Positions 62,861-64,000 of a stretch of DNA of 64,000 nt are shown piece by piece. This stretch comes from Tubulanus polymorphus. Its lineage: Eukaryota; Animalia; Nemertea. The notes beneath the pieces are model-generated. The model did no database searches. It was not told the DNA's origin and worked only from the letters and a program-made list of their open reading frames with translations. The stretch is from NCBI RefSeq assembly GCF_964204645.1, contig NC_134034.1:8258962-8322961 (forward strand), read 5' to 3'. The position numbers were made by a program, and so were the translations under genes. Within the stretch, counting starts at the first letter, position 1; each line of letters opens with the position of its first letter.

Positions 62861-64000
62861 GGTTCGAGATATATCACATCTAACAGAGTAAGCATCTATC
62901 GATGTAGATGTTCACGTTCGAATCCCATATAATGAATATTTTAGATACTGCCTATCGCTAGTCGAACAAGCGTACCATATATCACTCAATAATCCCCGTG
63001 AAGAACCATCCCTGTTTGAATTTTTTTCGGAAATCATTTCTAAAAATAACGAACACCAGTTGAGTCGAATACGCACGTGGCAAAACCTGGCTATCTGTTT
63101 ATAATCGCTCTCTACGGCGCTCTCTTGTTGTACAATTTGAGAAATACATCTTACTTATGTACATAACTGAAAACTAGCTTCACGCGATTTCAATGACGGA
63201 TGATAAGATTAAACCACTATCACCGTATGTAGATTAAAAGGTTTTTGAAAGCGAATTTATCCGCACGAGGTCACACACTGACTAGGGGTGCCGGCCCGGA
63301 GATTATGTTCCTTTAATTTTTTGATTTGAAATTCTCGATATTAAAAAGACTTCAATCAGTACATAGCGGGTTTTTATCTTATATTTTCACCACATCGCAG
63401 ATATCGTTCTTATGAGAAAAAAAAGATATTCGATTCATGTGATTGTCATGGATTCAGTACCGTAACTGGCGGCTATGAGGCCAAACTCCGGCTTCTGTAA
63501 TCCATTTTAATGGCCCTGATGAACAAATAACCGTACCTAATTTTTCTATTCCCATCTGATCAGCGCCAGTTATCGAACTGTACCGGGAAGCAAAAACGAA
63601 TAGACGAGAAAGATGTCTGTGGTAGGCCTACCATCTGAAAATAGATCGCTTCTTTCAAAGAACAATTAGGAAAGCCTACCGTAGTCCTATACCAGTTGAT
63701 ATTTGTAATGATATATATGTTGTTTATTCTAGGTTTGTGAATATCTTGTGACCATGGGACGTGTAGCACGACGCCGACACGCGATATTTGTCTTTCAGTC
63801 GTTGATCTTAGTGACTACGCTCTTCACATTAAGTCTATGGCTTAAATGTAATAGGTTTGTTCCCCGCCGTATTATTCCTAGGCCTACGAAGCAATGAATA
63901 TACGCCTGAGAATGTTTTGTTTTTTTTTTCAAATAGCCAATAAGCTTACTCTCCTCTAAACACTATCAAGCCGGCTTCAAGTCTTCATCGGACGTTGATG

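Overview
Eukaryotic (animal, probably aquatic invertebrate) genomic DNA. The species cannot be identified from the sequence alone. Almost the whole window is one minus-strand gene, DUS3L (tRNA-dihydrouridine(47) synthase-like). I reconstructed ten phase-consistent GT-AG exons, from ATG 62756 down to 1790 (1838 coding nt); the last exon lies left of the window. The introns (up to ~16 kb) are filled with nested transposable elements: about 7 copies of a Helentron-type non-autonomous element with 154-bp internal arrays, other HINE-like families, a hAT transposon with a 6-bp TSD, a hAT MITE with a 5-bp TSD, Harbinger MITEs, a truncated Mag-type Gypsy, a full-length but defective GalEa Copia, an RTE-X-like LINE, L2/CR1-group LINE fragments, Penelope-like pieces with degenerate hammerhead ribozymes, a tRNA-SINE, a 31-bp satellite and a nested fold-back element. 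The least explained segment is a ~2.2-kb, very AT-rich, intronless cassette (about 27240-29460). It has small co-oriented ORFs, a virus-type zinc motif and hairpins at both borders, and looks like a decayed endogenous DNA-virus or Polinton-like fragment.
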